A stretch of 64,000 nucleotides of DNA, taken from NCBI RefSeq assembly GCF_009914755.1, contig NC_060935.1; one strand, given 5' to 3'. The translations under genes and the position numbers were made by a program. Source of the DNA: the human T2T-CHM13v2.0 reference genome, Homo sapiens. The notes under the pieces are model-generated. The model saw nothing but the letters and a program-made list of their open reading frames with translations. It was not told where the DNA came from and did no database searches. This document shows, one piece after another, positions 13,512 to 29,502 of this stretch. How positions within the stretch are numbered: the first letter of the stretch is position 1; the number at the start of each line of letters is the position of its first letter.

Positions 13512-13725
13512 GTATTTTTAGGGTGTTTTGTGCCACCATGCCCCACCTCTCGAGAGGCATGGGTCAGATCTATGAGGTCAGCAGCTGTGACAACAGGGAC
13601 CCTTCTGAGCAGCGGTACGGGATGATAAGAACTTTTTACATCGCCGCTGAAGAAGTAGAATGGGATTATGCCCCTAACAAAAACTGGGAGTTCGAAAAGC
13701 AGCACGTGGACGCAAGAGGGGAAAG
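13512..13725 (+). CDS. HEPHL1: HEPHL1 exon 12
   Basis: Acceptor ttctcttgcag; GIFRVFCATMPHLSRGM (C-x4-H-x4-M type-1 Cu motif)...FYIAAEEVEWDYAP; donor AAG|gtacca; 214 nt, phase 1->2. Confidence 0.95.
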
Positions 13726-16264
13726 GTACCACAGGCGCCGCCGCTAGGGCTCCTCGGTGGGATCGCGCATGCTCCGTAGGTCTTTAGTAAGTGTGGCTCC
13801 CTGCAAATTCCCAGGTTGTGTCTCCACAGTTCCGGCCGACAGAGACTTTTACTTATGTGCACAGATTAGGGAAGCTGCCCACCTCGGCCTCCGGAAGGCA
13901 GCGTGCGGTGTCTCGCAGGCCCTCGGCGGGCTCTGCTGGGTGGTCATGGGATGCAGGGCGTGCCTGGGAGTGCGTGTGCAGGGTGAAAAGGCTGAGGGAA
14001 AGAGGCAGATCACATGGTTATAGTGGGGCTGGGAAGACAAAAAGGGCCAGAGAAGGCAGAGAGGGTGTATGATGTGGGGTGAGAGGATGGGCTGCTGTGG
14101 ATGCAGGACCTCAGGAAAGGTTGAGGCTGAGCCACTGGCAGAGCGCTGCTCTAAGTGGGGGACCACCAAGGAGGGACAGGAGGCCATTGCCTTGTAAGAG
14201 ACTCCGGGATCGGGGTAGGAAGAACAGGTTTCTCTACTAGGCCCTGTGCCCAGAAAGTCTGCAAGACTGGCCCTCCCTTAACAGTGCTGTTGGCCAGTGA
14301 TGCATGCCCAAGACTCAGCAGCTCTCAGGCCGCCAGCAGCCTTGTAAGCATTGCTCCTCCAGGGCGCTAAGCCCAGAGTCCAGGAACCAAGATCCCTAGG
14401 GTGCACTGGGATGGAGTTAAACAAGGGAGAAGGCAGGCGCAGACCACAGACCTCCTCCCCCAGGGCTAATCCCCTCCCTCCACAGCAACCCACTGCCTGG
14501 TATTACTGTTCTGATATGCAGATGAGGAAACTTGGACGCAAAGAGTTAAGGCGCCCAACTAGACATTGGCAGAGTTAGAACTGAACATAGATCTTTTGAA
14601 AGACAAATAAATCCACGTTCTCTCCGGCACACTACATTGTCCCTCCTGGCCCAGTTCCTCTTTGTTCTTTATTGCCACCTACCCTCGCCCCCTGCCACCA
14701 TACTCCCCTCCCCTCACCTCATAGACATCCTCCGTGGCTGCGAGACAAACACGACATGCTACTGTTCCTATCTTAACACAAGTATTTCTTTTCTTATTTA
14801 TTGGCCTTTGTTTTGAGGGGCTGTACTTATGGAAAAGAGATTATAATGGTTCTACCTTCTGGATACTTTTTTTTTTAAGATTTCCCTTAAGAACAGGAGA
14901 ATTTTAAATCCATTCAATTACTCACTAACCTATTTGTTAGGCCAAACACCTGTATTCTGCAAAACTAGTGCTGCCAATACAAGCTGAAGACTGGTGCTGG
15001 TACAGTGGAAAATGAAATGAATTCCAATCTGGCCCTTTCTAAAATGATTATTTCATTAAAAGGCTACCATAACTAAAGAAATAATTGTATAATAACTTTG
15101 TCATGTGTACAATCTTAGCCCATGAATGTATAAAAATATAGCCTTTATGATGTTCTTACAACTAATATGAACTCCTACTTTAAGTCTCCATCCCACGGGG
15201 CTAGCAGGAAGGTCTAGCTTCAGTCTTCTGAGACTCCCTCCCAAGTGACATAAGGAGATAAAATGTGCTGGTGGGGAAGGGGGTGCAATGCCATAATTAC
15301 ACCTTCCCCTGTCACTCTGATTCTTGCCCATACATAGATGAAAGCAAAGTGAGATAAGGACAAGTTCACATGTTCAAAGTTTAACAAATGCTGTAGATAA
15401 CAATTCAGTATGGAATTGAAATGGCAGTTCTCTTAGGGCACATCTGAGGCATGTCTGTAGATAAGAGCCCAGTGACACATACCCCTTCTGCACCCTAGTT
15501 TCTATGTGTCTGCCCTTTGTCCCATGGCCATGGTAGGAGCCCATCTGGTTTTTGAACCATTTGTGGGTACAGGCTATCCCTGAGACATTTATTATCCTGG
15601 TCAGCACAGGCCCTCTGCCCCACCTTGGGACCTAGAAGTCTTTCTTTGGGGCTTCCTAAAACATGCTGGGAAGGTCTCAGCATCCCAGAAAGCCAACAAA
15701 TGGGACCATCGGTACAATGTCCAGGGGAAGTTTATGCAGTGGGAGGAAATTTGAAAACAGAAATTAAGTTGCTATGAAAAAATAAAGTTGTATTCCTAGT
15801 ACTCCTGAGCTTGTAGACTGATAGGTGTGTGATTTAGTCATCCTGAGATTCTCCACAATAAACCACTGCCTATTGAGCAGCTACTGTGGACCAGGCATTC
15901 TGCTAGGGATTTTACAAACCTTATCTGACATAACCCTTACAACACACCTGACCTACTCCACCAGTTTTTGCTCAGCATCTCTTGCACCATTCTCACAAGA
16001 TGATGAAAAAGCAAGTGCTTATATAGTGCTGAACATGGGCCTGACATGTGCTTTACAGATACTGACTCACATGACCCTCATATCAATTCCATGAGGTAGA
16101 GGAATTATTATCAGCCTGGTTTGCAGTGGAGAAAGCTGGGAAACGGTGGAATGTGGCTACAGGTTCTGCACTGGTCACTACCACATGTAACTGGGTCTCC
16201 TGAAAAATGAAAGTAGAAGAAAAGTTCTCTTCCCTTGGAAATCATACAGTCTAGGGTGGAAGTA

Positions 16265-16920
16265 TACATGCATTTATTAAATACCTACTATATGCTAGAC
16301 ATTGTGCAATGTGCTGGTGAAACAGTATGGAGGATAGACAAGGTCCTTTCCCACACAGAATTCCTGGTCCATGGTAAGACTTTAGAACAAGTATGTTCTA
16401 TGAGAGGGGAAGGGTAGAGTGCAACAGGAGATATGGCAGAAGCACACAGCCCTGTCTTGAGGAAAGGTAGGGAGAAGGTTGGTAGTCGGCGGGGGCTTCT
16501 GGGAGGAAGTAGTCTTTGAGTTGGGACATGAAGAGTAGTCCACTTGAAGAGGAAGGAAGCATGTTCGTGGCAGAGGGAACAACCTGTGTAAAGGCCTGGA
16601 GGTGAGGGAGAGCACATCATGTTCAAGAGAGTGAATGTTTAGAATGACCAGAACATAGAGCCTAGGGGCTAGTGATGGGAAATGAGGCTCAGGAGGTGGC
16701 AAAAGCAGACAGTGAGGCTTGAGAGCCAAATTGAGGAGTTTGGCAGTGGGAAATCATAAAAAGGCTTAACATCAACGTTGTTAAATGTATAGCTTAGGAT
16801 CCCTCTGCCTGCAGTGTGTGAATAGAGGGCAAAGAGGAGTACAGGTGGCAGGGAAAATGATTAGGAACAATTCCACCCAACCTAGGTAAGTATTACAAGT
16901 GGCTGAGATAAGAATGAAAG
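16265..16920 (-). mobile_element. L2 fragment
   Basis: catttattaaatacctactatatgctagacattgtg, ggcagagggaacaacctgtgtaaaggcctggagg motifs. Confidence 0.7.
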
Positions 16921-17048
16921 CTCCCTCAATGGAAGGGGTGGGTCTCACTGTATTTTAGAGATAAAATTAAAAGATTTTAAAAATCTGTCTTTTGTGATGA
17001 TCTGCCTTGGTAATAGATGAAATGTACTATACATGTAAGGTACGTATA

Positions 17049-17711
17049 CAGTCTATCCTCGTTATTTGTAGATTCTGCTTTTGCAAATTTGCCTACTTGC
17101 TAAAATTTATTTTTAACCCCAAAATCAATTCCTGTGACATTTTTGTGGTCATTTGCAGGTACATGTAGAGTGGCAAAAAATTTACGTTGCCTGATGCACA
17201 CATTTTCAGCTGAGGTCAAACAAGGAGTCTCTCTGCCTTCTTGTTTCAGCTCTCATACTGTAAACAAATGTCCTTGTTTTCAGATTATTTAGTGCCATCG
17301 TTTTTGCACTTGTGTGCTTTATGTTGGTGCTTTCACTGTTTAAAATGCCCCCTTAAACAGAGTTTTGAAGCAGTGTCCTCAGTGTAAGAAGCCTCTGATG
17401 TGCCTTATACATGTGAGAGGGGCTTTGTTCCTGCATGAGTTACAGTGCTGTTGGCTGTTGAGCTCAGTGTTAATGAGCTCAACAGTGTTAATGCTGTTGA
17501 GCTCAGCAATATATATTAAATAAAGTGTGTTTAAAAAGAAACAGACATAAAACAAGGTTATATATTGATCTGTTGATGAAAATATTGTGACCAGAGGTTT
17601 GCAGGAACCTAACCCTATATTTTCCCTAGGAACAATGGTTCAGTCTTTATTAGTCCAGTTATCACAATGACTTTCTAGAACATAACTAGGGTGAATAACA
17701 AGTATCAACTG
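17049..17711. mobile_element. MER82 (TcMar-Tigger MITE), full length
   Basis: TA|cagtctatcctcgttatttgtag ... gtgaataacaagtatcaactg|TA terminal inverted repeats with TA TSD; ~660 bp. Confidence 0.8.
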
Positions 17712-17850
17712 TATCTATCTATATTTGTATATGGATGTATACACAATACATGACTATGGTCCTTCTTGAGATCCTTCAAAGTGGAAAAGCATTACCATGT
17801 ACAGAAAGATGCATATGAAATCTGGAGAAACTCAGGGTGGTAGAGGGTGG

Positions 17851-17858
<8 letters not shown>

Positions 17859-17883
<25 letters not shown>
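17859..17883. repeat. (TG)n microsatellite
   Basis: Direct reading. Confidence 0.9.
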
Positions 17884-18253
17884 ATGACACACACATGAAG
17901 ATGCAAGTGTGTAAGGTTAGATGGTCCCAGAAGAGAGGCGCAACCTCAAAGGATACTTAGGAGTCTCTGAGGTTGGCCCTACTCAGTGCTTAGCAGAAGA
18001 TTACAACCGTGATTTCCAAGGGTGGGCCATGGACTGGTGCTGGGCTGCCCATATCAGAACTGAAGGAGCTTTAAAGTGCAGATGCCTGGCCTCACTCCCA
18101 GAAAGTATGGTGCAAAAGGCCTGCTCCCCAGGGAGCACTTGATCACAGCCAGGTTTGGGGAGCACTTCTCCAGAATACCCCTGAATCACTTAGAAGCGCT
18201 CAAAGCTTTTCTGCTTTCTGACAACTTTAATTTCTGATGCTTCTGATTTGCAG

Positions 18254-18393
18254 ACATGGAGATATATTTATGAACCGCACTGAAAATTGGATTGGCTCTC
18301 AGTACAAGAAGGTGGTTTACAGGGAATATACGGATGGAGAATTTGTGGAGATCAAAGCCCGACCACCACGAGAGGAGCACTTAGAACTCCTGG
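18254..18393 (+). CDS. HEPHL1: HEPHL1 exon 13
   Basis: Acceptor ctgatttgcag; HGDIFMNRTENWIGSQYKKVVYREYTDGEF...EHLELL; donor G|gtatgg; 140 nt, phase 2->1. Confidence 0.95.
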
Positions 18394-18722
18394 GTATGGC
18401 ACAGATTTCAGGCGTGCACTGTCAGCCCCAAGCATGTGCATGCACACATACTCATGTGTTCTGTTACACTTGTGGCTAAGAAAGGATAGAAGAAACAGAG
18501 TAGCTTGACTGCATTCCTCCAAGTGTAATATCTTCCTGCTCTACCATTATCAGGGAGTGTGCTGAGTGCTCAACTCATACAAAAACTAGTCATAATAGGA
18601 CTACCAGATAATACACAAATAGGAATCCATGACATCAGGGCAGTCTAACTGGTGTATGATACCCTAAAGCTTCTTTCCAACCCCTATACTGAGCCAGGAA
18701 ATTTTCTTTTAAATCCTCCAGC

Positions 18723-18724
<2 letters not shown>

Positions 18725-18769
<45 letters not shown>
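18725..18769. repeat. (AT)22 microsatellite at the L1 tail position
   Basis: Pure run directly abutting the L1 3' end (ctttaagttctagggtacatgtgc). Confidence 0.95.
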
Positions 18770-18770
<1 letters not shown>

Positions 18771-18968
18771 CTTTAAGTTCTAGGGTACATGTGCACCACC
18801 TGCAGGATTGTTACATATGTATACATGTGCCATGTTGGTGTGCTGCACCCATTAACTCATCATTTACATTAGGTATATCTCCTAATGCTATCCCTCACCC
18901 CTGCCCCTACCCCACGACAGGCCCTGGTGTGTGATGTTCCCCTTCCTGTGTCCAAATGTTCTCATTGT

Positions 18969-22809
<3,841 letters not shown>

Positions 22810-22872
22810 TATGATGTTAGCTGGTTATTTCACTCATTAGTTGATGCAGTTTCTTCCTAGCATCGATGATCT

Positions 22873-23886
22873 TTACAATTTGGCATGTTTTTGCAGTGGC
22901 TGGTACTGATTGTTCCTTTCCATGTTTAGTGCTTCCTTCAGGAGCTCTTGTAATGCAGGCCTGGTGGTGACAAAATCTCTCAGCATTTGCTTGTCTGTAA
23001 AGGATTTTATTTCTCCACTTATGAAGCTTAGTTTGGCTGGATATGAAATTCTGAGTTGAAAATTCTTTTCTTTAAGTATGTTGAATATTGGCCCCCACTC
23101 TCTTCTGGCTTGTAGAGTTTCTGCTGAGAGATCCGCTGTTAGTCTGATGGGCTTCCCTTTGTGGGTAACCCGACCTTTCTCTCTGGCTGCCCATAACATT
23201 TTTTCCTTCATTTCAGCTTTGGTGAATCTGACAATTATGTGTCTTGTAGTTGCTCTTCTCGAGGAGTATCTTTGTGGCATTCTCTGTATTTCCTGAATCT
23301 GAATGTTGGCCTGCCTTGCTAGGTTGGGGAAGTTCTCCTGGATAATATCCTGCAGAGTGTTTTCCAACTTGATTCCATTCTCCTCGTCACTTTCAGGTAC
23401 ACCAGTCAGACGCAGATTTGGTCTTTTCACATAGTCCTATATTTCTTGGAGGCTTTGTTCGTTTCTTTTTACTCTTTTTTCTCTAAACTTCTCTTCTCAC
23501 TTCATTTCATTCATTTGATCTTCAATCACTGATACCCTTTCTTCCAGTTGATCGAATCGGCTACTGAAGCTTGTGCATTCATTATGTAGTTCTCGTGCCA
23601 TGGTTTTCAGCTCTATCAGGTCATTTAAGGACTTCTCTACACTGGTTATTCTAGTTAGCCATTCATCTAATCTTTTTTCAAGGTTTTTAGCTTCTTTGCG
23701 ATGGGTTCGAACATCCTCCTTTAGCTTGGAGAAGTCTGATCGTCTGAAGCCTTCTTCTCTCAACTCGTCAAAGTCATTCTCCATCCAGCTTTGTTCTGTT
23801 GCTGGCTAGGAGCTGCGTTCCTTTGGTGGGGGAGAGGCACTCTGATTTTTAGAATTTTCAGCTTTTCTGCTCTGTTTTTTCCCCAT
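22873..23886 (-). pseudogene. L1 ORF1p remnant
   Basis: Fragments MENDFDELREEGFRR and KRPNLRLTGVPESD...LQKHAKL, separated by stops/frameshifts. Confidence 0.9.
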
Positions 23887-25947
23887 CTTTGTGGTTTTAT
23901 CTACCTTTGGTCTTTGATGATGGTGATGTACAGATGGGGTTTTGGTGTGGATTTGCTCTCTGTTTGTTAGTTTTCCTTCTAACAGTCAGGGCCCTCAGCT
24001 GCAGGTCTGTTGGAGTTTGCTGGAGGTCCACTCTGGACCCTGTTTGCCTGGATATCAGCAGCGGAGGCTGCAGAACAGCGAATATTTCTGAACAGCAAAT
24101 GTTGCTGCCTGATCCTTCTTCTGGAAGCTTCATCTCAGAGGGGTGCCTGGCCGTGTGAGGTGTCAGTCTGCCCCTACTGGAGGGTGACTCCCAGTTAGGC
24201 TACTTGGGTGTCAGGGACCCACTTGAGGAGGCAGTCTGACCATTCTCAGATCTCAAACTCTGTGCTGGGAGAACCACTACTCTCTTCAAAGCTGTCAGAC
24301 AGGGACATTTACGTCTGCAGAGGTTTCTGCTGCCTTTTGTTCGGCTATGCCTTGCCCCCAGGGGTGGAGTCTACAGAGGCAGGCAGGCCTCCTCGAGCTG
24401 CGGTGGGCTCCACCCAGTTCGAGCTTCCCAGCCGCTTTGTTTACCTACTCAAGCCTTAGCAATGGTGGGCGCCCCTCCCCCAGCCTCACTGCCACCTTGC
24501 AGTTTGATCTCAGACTGCTGTGCTAGCAATGAGTGAGGCTCCTTGGGTGTGGGTCCATCTGAGCCAGGCACCGGCTATAATCTCCTGGTGTGCCGTTTGC
24601 TAAGACCATTGGAAAAGCGCAGTATTAGGGTAGGAGTGACCCAATTTTCCAGGTGCCATCTGTCACAGCTTCCCTTGGTCGGAAAGGGAATTCCCTGACC
24701 CCTTGTGCTTCCCAGGTAAGGCGATGCCTCTCCCTGCTTCGGCTCACGCTCGGTGGGCTGCACCCACTGTCCTGCCCCCACTGTCTGACAGGCCGCAGTG
24801 AGATGAACCCGGTACCTCAGTTGGAAATGCAGAAATCACCTGTCTTCTGCGTCGCTCACACTGGGAGCTGTAGACTGGAGCTGTTCCTATTCATCCATCT
24901 TGGAACTACCCCCTAAGAATATTTTAAGAAATTGAGAGAAAATTGAAAATAATAACCGTCCAACAAATTTTAGATTTATATATACCTTTCTCAGAAAAGC
25001 AATTAAAACCATGGCTTGAATCAGCAAGGAATCGATATGTGTGGCCAGACCACCAACTGTCAGTGTATCTCCCTGTGAATGTAGAATGCACCAGATACCC
25101 AAGAGAGAGCCATAGGGATCAGGCACTTCTGAAATGGGAGTCTACTGACCATGAAGCAGTGCACAAGTCATGCTGCCACAGGCCCTCTGAGCCAGGTGTG
25201 GGCTCATCTCCATTGGCACCCAGCCTGGTTGCTTCCAACAGAAATGCACACACCAGAGGGGCTGAAGAGTGCTTGTCTCCTTGGGTAAACAAATATTGAG
25301 AAACAGAGTTAGATGTGTATTTGTGAAGTCACTATATTAATCATAAATTAATACATAAATGATTTTATTTCCCTCTACTCTTTCAGATTCCTTTTACACA
25401 CATTATTTCATTGGATCTTCATTATTATTGTCATCCATTTACCAGATAATGAATAATTTCAGACTTATCAAAGGTTATACACAGGGGGATTACAACTGAA
25501 AGTCACCATATCATGTGGATATGGCTTTTCCTGGAGATGATTTCTCAGTAGTAAAAAAGCATTTACCAAGTACTTATGGTGTATCAGTGCACTGACGTAA
25601 ACACTTTTAGATACATTATCTTATTCAACCCTTACTATAATCCCACATAAAAGTTATTACTAAACTGATGTTACAGATGAGGAAACTGAAACTCAGACAG
25701 ATTACATCACTTACCCAAGGCCCCTCTAATAAATGAAGGAAGCAGAATTTTAACCCATTGCTAAAGACTACATGATATTTAATACTACACAATGTTGCTC
25801 TCTAAAGTGAAGTAGAGTTATATATGCCTTTCTCGGAAAAACAACTAAAGCCAAACTATTTTATTTGACTAACTACTGCCTATATTTAAATTACACTAAT
25901 GTTGAAAGAGCAATAATAATGCACACAGGCCTGTGTTTTGCCTTTAG

Positions 25948-26088
25948 GCCCAATGATTCATGCTGAGGTGGGCAACACCGTCCTGATCATATTTAAGAAC
26001 AAAGCCAGTAGGCCCTACTCCATCTCAGCCCAGGGTGTGGAGGAGATGGATAGTGGAAAGCAATTCCAAGTGCCCATGACAAAACCAG
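25948..26088 (+). CDS. HEPHL1: HEPHL1 exon 14
   Basis: Acceptor ttttgcctttag; [26 protein letters not shown]...MTKP; donor CAG|gtaagt; 141 nt, phase 1->1. Confidence 0.95.
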
Positions 26089-26292
26089 GTAAGTTGTGTC
26101 AGAGGTCTGCTCCATCTTGAAGAAGAACATTGGCGTCAACTCTTTTCTGGTCTCAGAGGTGTCTTAAAGAGCTCATCTTAATGTCAATGTGTTTCAGCCA
26201 TCATCTAGTCACTCTGGTATGAGATCATCATTCATCCAATGACCAAATGTTTAGGAATTTCTAGGGTTCCATTAGAAACCTCCATTAGGGAC

Positions 26293-26570
26293 CCCATTGT
26301 CAACATCCCCCACCAGAGTAGTACATTTGTTGTAATTGATGAACCTACATTGATACATCATTATCCCCTAAAGCCCATAATTTACATTAGGGTTCAGTAT
26401 TGGTGTGTATACTCTAAGGGTTTTGACAAATGCACAACAACATGTATCCACCATTTTAGTCCTATAAAGAATAGTTTCACTGCCCTAAAAATTCTCCGTG
26501 CTCTGGTGTTTATTTTTTCCTCTTCCTTAACCCCTGGCAACCACTGATCTTTTTACTGTCTCCATAGCTG
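26293..26570 (-). mobile_element. Old L1 (L1MC/MD-like) 3' end
   Basis: aacatcccccaccagagtagtacatttgttgtaattgatgaacctacattgatacatcattatc. Confidence 0.7.
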
Positions 26571-26576
26571 TTCTTA

Positions 26577-26928
26577 CAGTAGCTCCCCCTTATCACGGTT
26601 TTGCTTTCCTTAGTTTTAGTTACCTGAATCAATCTTGGTCTGAAAATATTAAGAAATTTTGAGATAACTTCAATTAGAGACAATAAAAAGATATTTTGAG
26701 AGTGAGAGTCTACATTCACATAGCTTTTATTATAGTGTACTGTTATAATTGTCATATTTTATTATTAGTAATTATTGTCAATCTCTTACTGTGCCTAATT
26801 TATAAATTAATTATAGGTATGTCTGTATAGGAAAACACATAGTATATATAGGTATGGCACTGTCTGTGGTTTCAAGCATCCCCTGGGGGTCTTGGAATGT
26901 ATCTCTCCTGGACAAAGGGGGACTACTG
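26577..26928. mobile_element. MER44-like (Tigger) MITE
   Basis: TA|cagtagctcccccttatc ... gacaaagggggactactg|TA terminal inverted repeats. Confidence 0.8.
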
Positions 26929-27666
26929 TAGTAAACATAAAAATTAACACATTAACTGCCTTCAAAATGAAGCATTATCCTGTGTATTTAATGACATTAT
27001 TTCATTTAATCCTCACAACAATTAGAAAACTATGATGACCAACCCACTTTACAGATAAGGATACTAAAGGTTAGTGACATTAGGTAGCTGGTCAAATGTG
27101 GGATAAATAGGAAGTCATAGGGTTGAGATTTGGAACTAGGTCTCTCTGATTCTGGTTCTCACCAGATCTCACCTGCCCACTTGAGAAGCTTTTAAAAAAC
27201 ACTGGCACCAGAGTCCTAGACCCTAGACTCTCTGATTTCACTGTCTGGGGTGAGGCCTGAGCAGCAAGGGCTTACAAAGCTCCCTGGTGACTCCCATAAG
27301 AGGCCAAAGCAGAGGTCCTTGATGACAAAGATGTGCTCAAGGACAGCTCTTGGGAAGGAGATAAAACATTTAAGGAGGAAAAACAGTGAGGTATAAAATG
27401 TTTTTATTTCCTGAATACACACCAGTTGACAATAGAAAAATGCAAACTAGAGGGAAGGCTGGAGCCTGAAATGACAAATCTGCCATTTCATTTTGAAATA
27501 GTAGAAATCAAGATGGGAGTTTAATAAGAACATTTGTAATGAATGAGTAATTCTCTCCAGCAATAAACATTAATGAAAATATATAAAGACCTGCTTATAT
27601 TTCTTCAGATAAATCATCTGAAACACAGATAATTCTAATAAATTTTTTCCATTTCATTTATTACAG

Positions 27667-27773
27667 GAGAAGTAAAAACTTATAGATGGAATATCCCTAA
27701 AAGATCCGGTCCAGGGCCTTCTGATCCCAATTGTATTCCATGGGTTTACTATTCAACAGTAAACTTTGTGAAG
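27667..27773 (+). CDS. HEPHL1: HEPHL1 exon 15
   Basis: Not in the ORF track; acceptor tcatttattacag; [36 protein letters not shown]; donor AAG|gtaagg; 107 nt, phase 1->0. Confidence 0.95.
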
Positions 27774-27881
27774 GTAAGGTGGAGAAAGCAACCAAAAGGC
27801 TTAAAATAATTTGGATGAAAGTTGACTACTTGGGTCATCACAATTTGGGTTGGTATATGTGAAAGCGTATAATGATTTAGA

Positions 27882-28063
27882 GCAAGGGTCTCATACTATG
27901 GCCCATTTACGAAATCTAGACATGCTGGACGTTTACATTGTCAATGGTTGACTTGAGTAGCTGCAACAGAGACTATATGGCCCACAAAGTCAAAAATATT
28001 TACTATCTGGTGATTTTTTTTTCCCAAAAAAAAAAAAAAAAAAAAAAAGTTTGGTGACCCTTG
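27882..28063. mobile_element. MER58A-like hAT MITE with expanded internal A tract
   Basis: caagggtc...gcaacagagactatatggcccacaaagtcaaaaatatttactatctgg...aagtttggtgacccttg. Confidence 0.7.
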
Positions 28064-29279
28064 ACTTAAAGTATGGGGAATAAAAACAAAATCCCAATGT
28101 TTCAATTACCAAATTTAGAACTTAAAAAGATAAAAGGTTTGAAGCAAAAGAGGATATGTAAATATACAACAATAAAATAAATATAACTTAGAGTACAATT
28201 TATGTATGGTTTTGGATGTGTGAAATCTGTTTATTTTAAACGCATTATTATCAGGGCTACTAGGGCTCAGGAGAAGAAAGTTCACTCTAAACATAGTAAC
28301 TGAAACTACAAAATTGTTTGAATGATTAATGATCTAACTTTGAAATAAAAGGCAAAGATTCAACATTGAATTTGAGCCAGGTATGTGTATGTAAAACAAC
28401 CACAGTCTTTAATTACATGCCATAAACCAAAGTCCAATCTAAAGTCGTTATTTGATGTAAAATGTAAGCATTGCCTATTAAAGAAAAAAAGGGAGGGATT
28501 ATCATAACCTTCCTCTTAGGTATTAGATGGCTTGTATTAATGTCTTTGAGTTATACTGGACAGTTCTAGAGTTCAGGAGATAGAAATACAAGGCACTTGA
28601 ATAAATAAACTTACATATGAGAATTATGGGAAAATCCAAATTTATTTATGCATCACAACAAATACTTATTGAGCACTTGTGATGTGCAAATGACCCCACC
28701 AAATACTATGAGAGATGCAGATACTCTTGTCTTAAAGAAACTTATAACTTTGTGGGAAAATAATATGTCCACACTTGTAACTGTAATAGAGCTCTGAATC
28801 TGGTGAATTCTATAGGAGTGGCAGGCTAACTAAAGTACTATAGAAGGTTTTGGAGGGAGAGTCTAGGAAGAAAGAGCATTATGAGCACAGCTGAAAATAG
28901 GGAAGTAGAGGGAGTGTTTGGGACATGTTGAGAGTCCCATTTGGCTATCATATGGGGTCCAGTAGTAAATCAAGGGGTAGCCTAAGTCAGAAAATTTCAT
29001 TAGGGGAGCACATGGAGGGCTCACAGACCTGCAAGGGTTTGTATTTAATTCTGTAGGCCACGGAAAATCACTGAAGACTTCTAGATACGGGAGTATAAAG
29101 ATTACTGTGATGGTGGTCAACAGGATGGGCTGGAGGTGGGGTGAATCAGAGCTGAGAGAAGAATCAATTTCTAGTCCAGGGTGAGGTATTATGACCCTAC
29201 ACTAGAATGGTGGCAGGTGGAATGAAATATTATTAAATTACTTAATGGCTCTTTTAACTCAGTTTATTTTTTCTTCCAG

Positions 29280-29502
29280 GATACGTATAGTGGTTTGATG
29301 GGTCCTCTGATTACATGCCGAAAAGGAGTCTTGAATGAAAAGGGAAGAAGAAGTGACGTTGATTATGAATTTGCTCTCTTGTTTTTGGTATTTAATGAGA
29401 ATGAATCCTGGTATCTGGATGACAATATTAAGAAGTATCTCAACAAAGATCCACGAGATTTTAAGCGCACTGATGATTTTGAGGAAAGCAACAGAATGCA
29501 TG
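29280..29502 (+). CDS. HEPHL1: HEPHL1 exon 16
   Basis: Acceptor ttttcttccag; DTYSGLMGPLITCRKG...FALLFLVFNENESWY...SNRMH; donor G|gtatat; 223 nt, phase 0->1. Confidence 0.95.
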
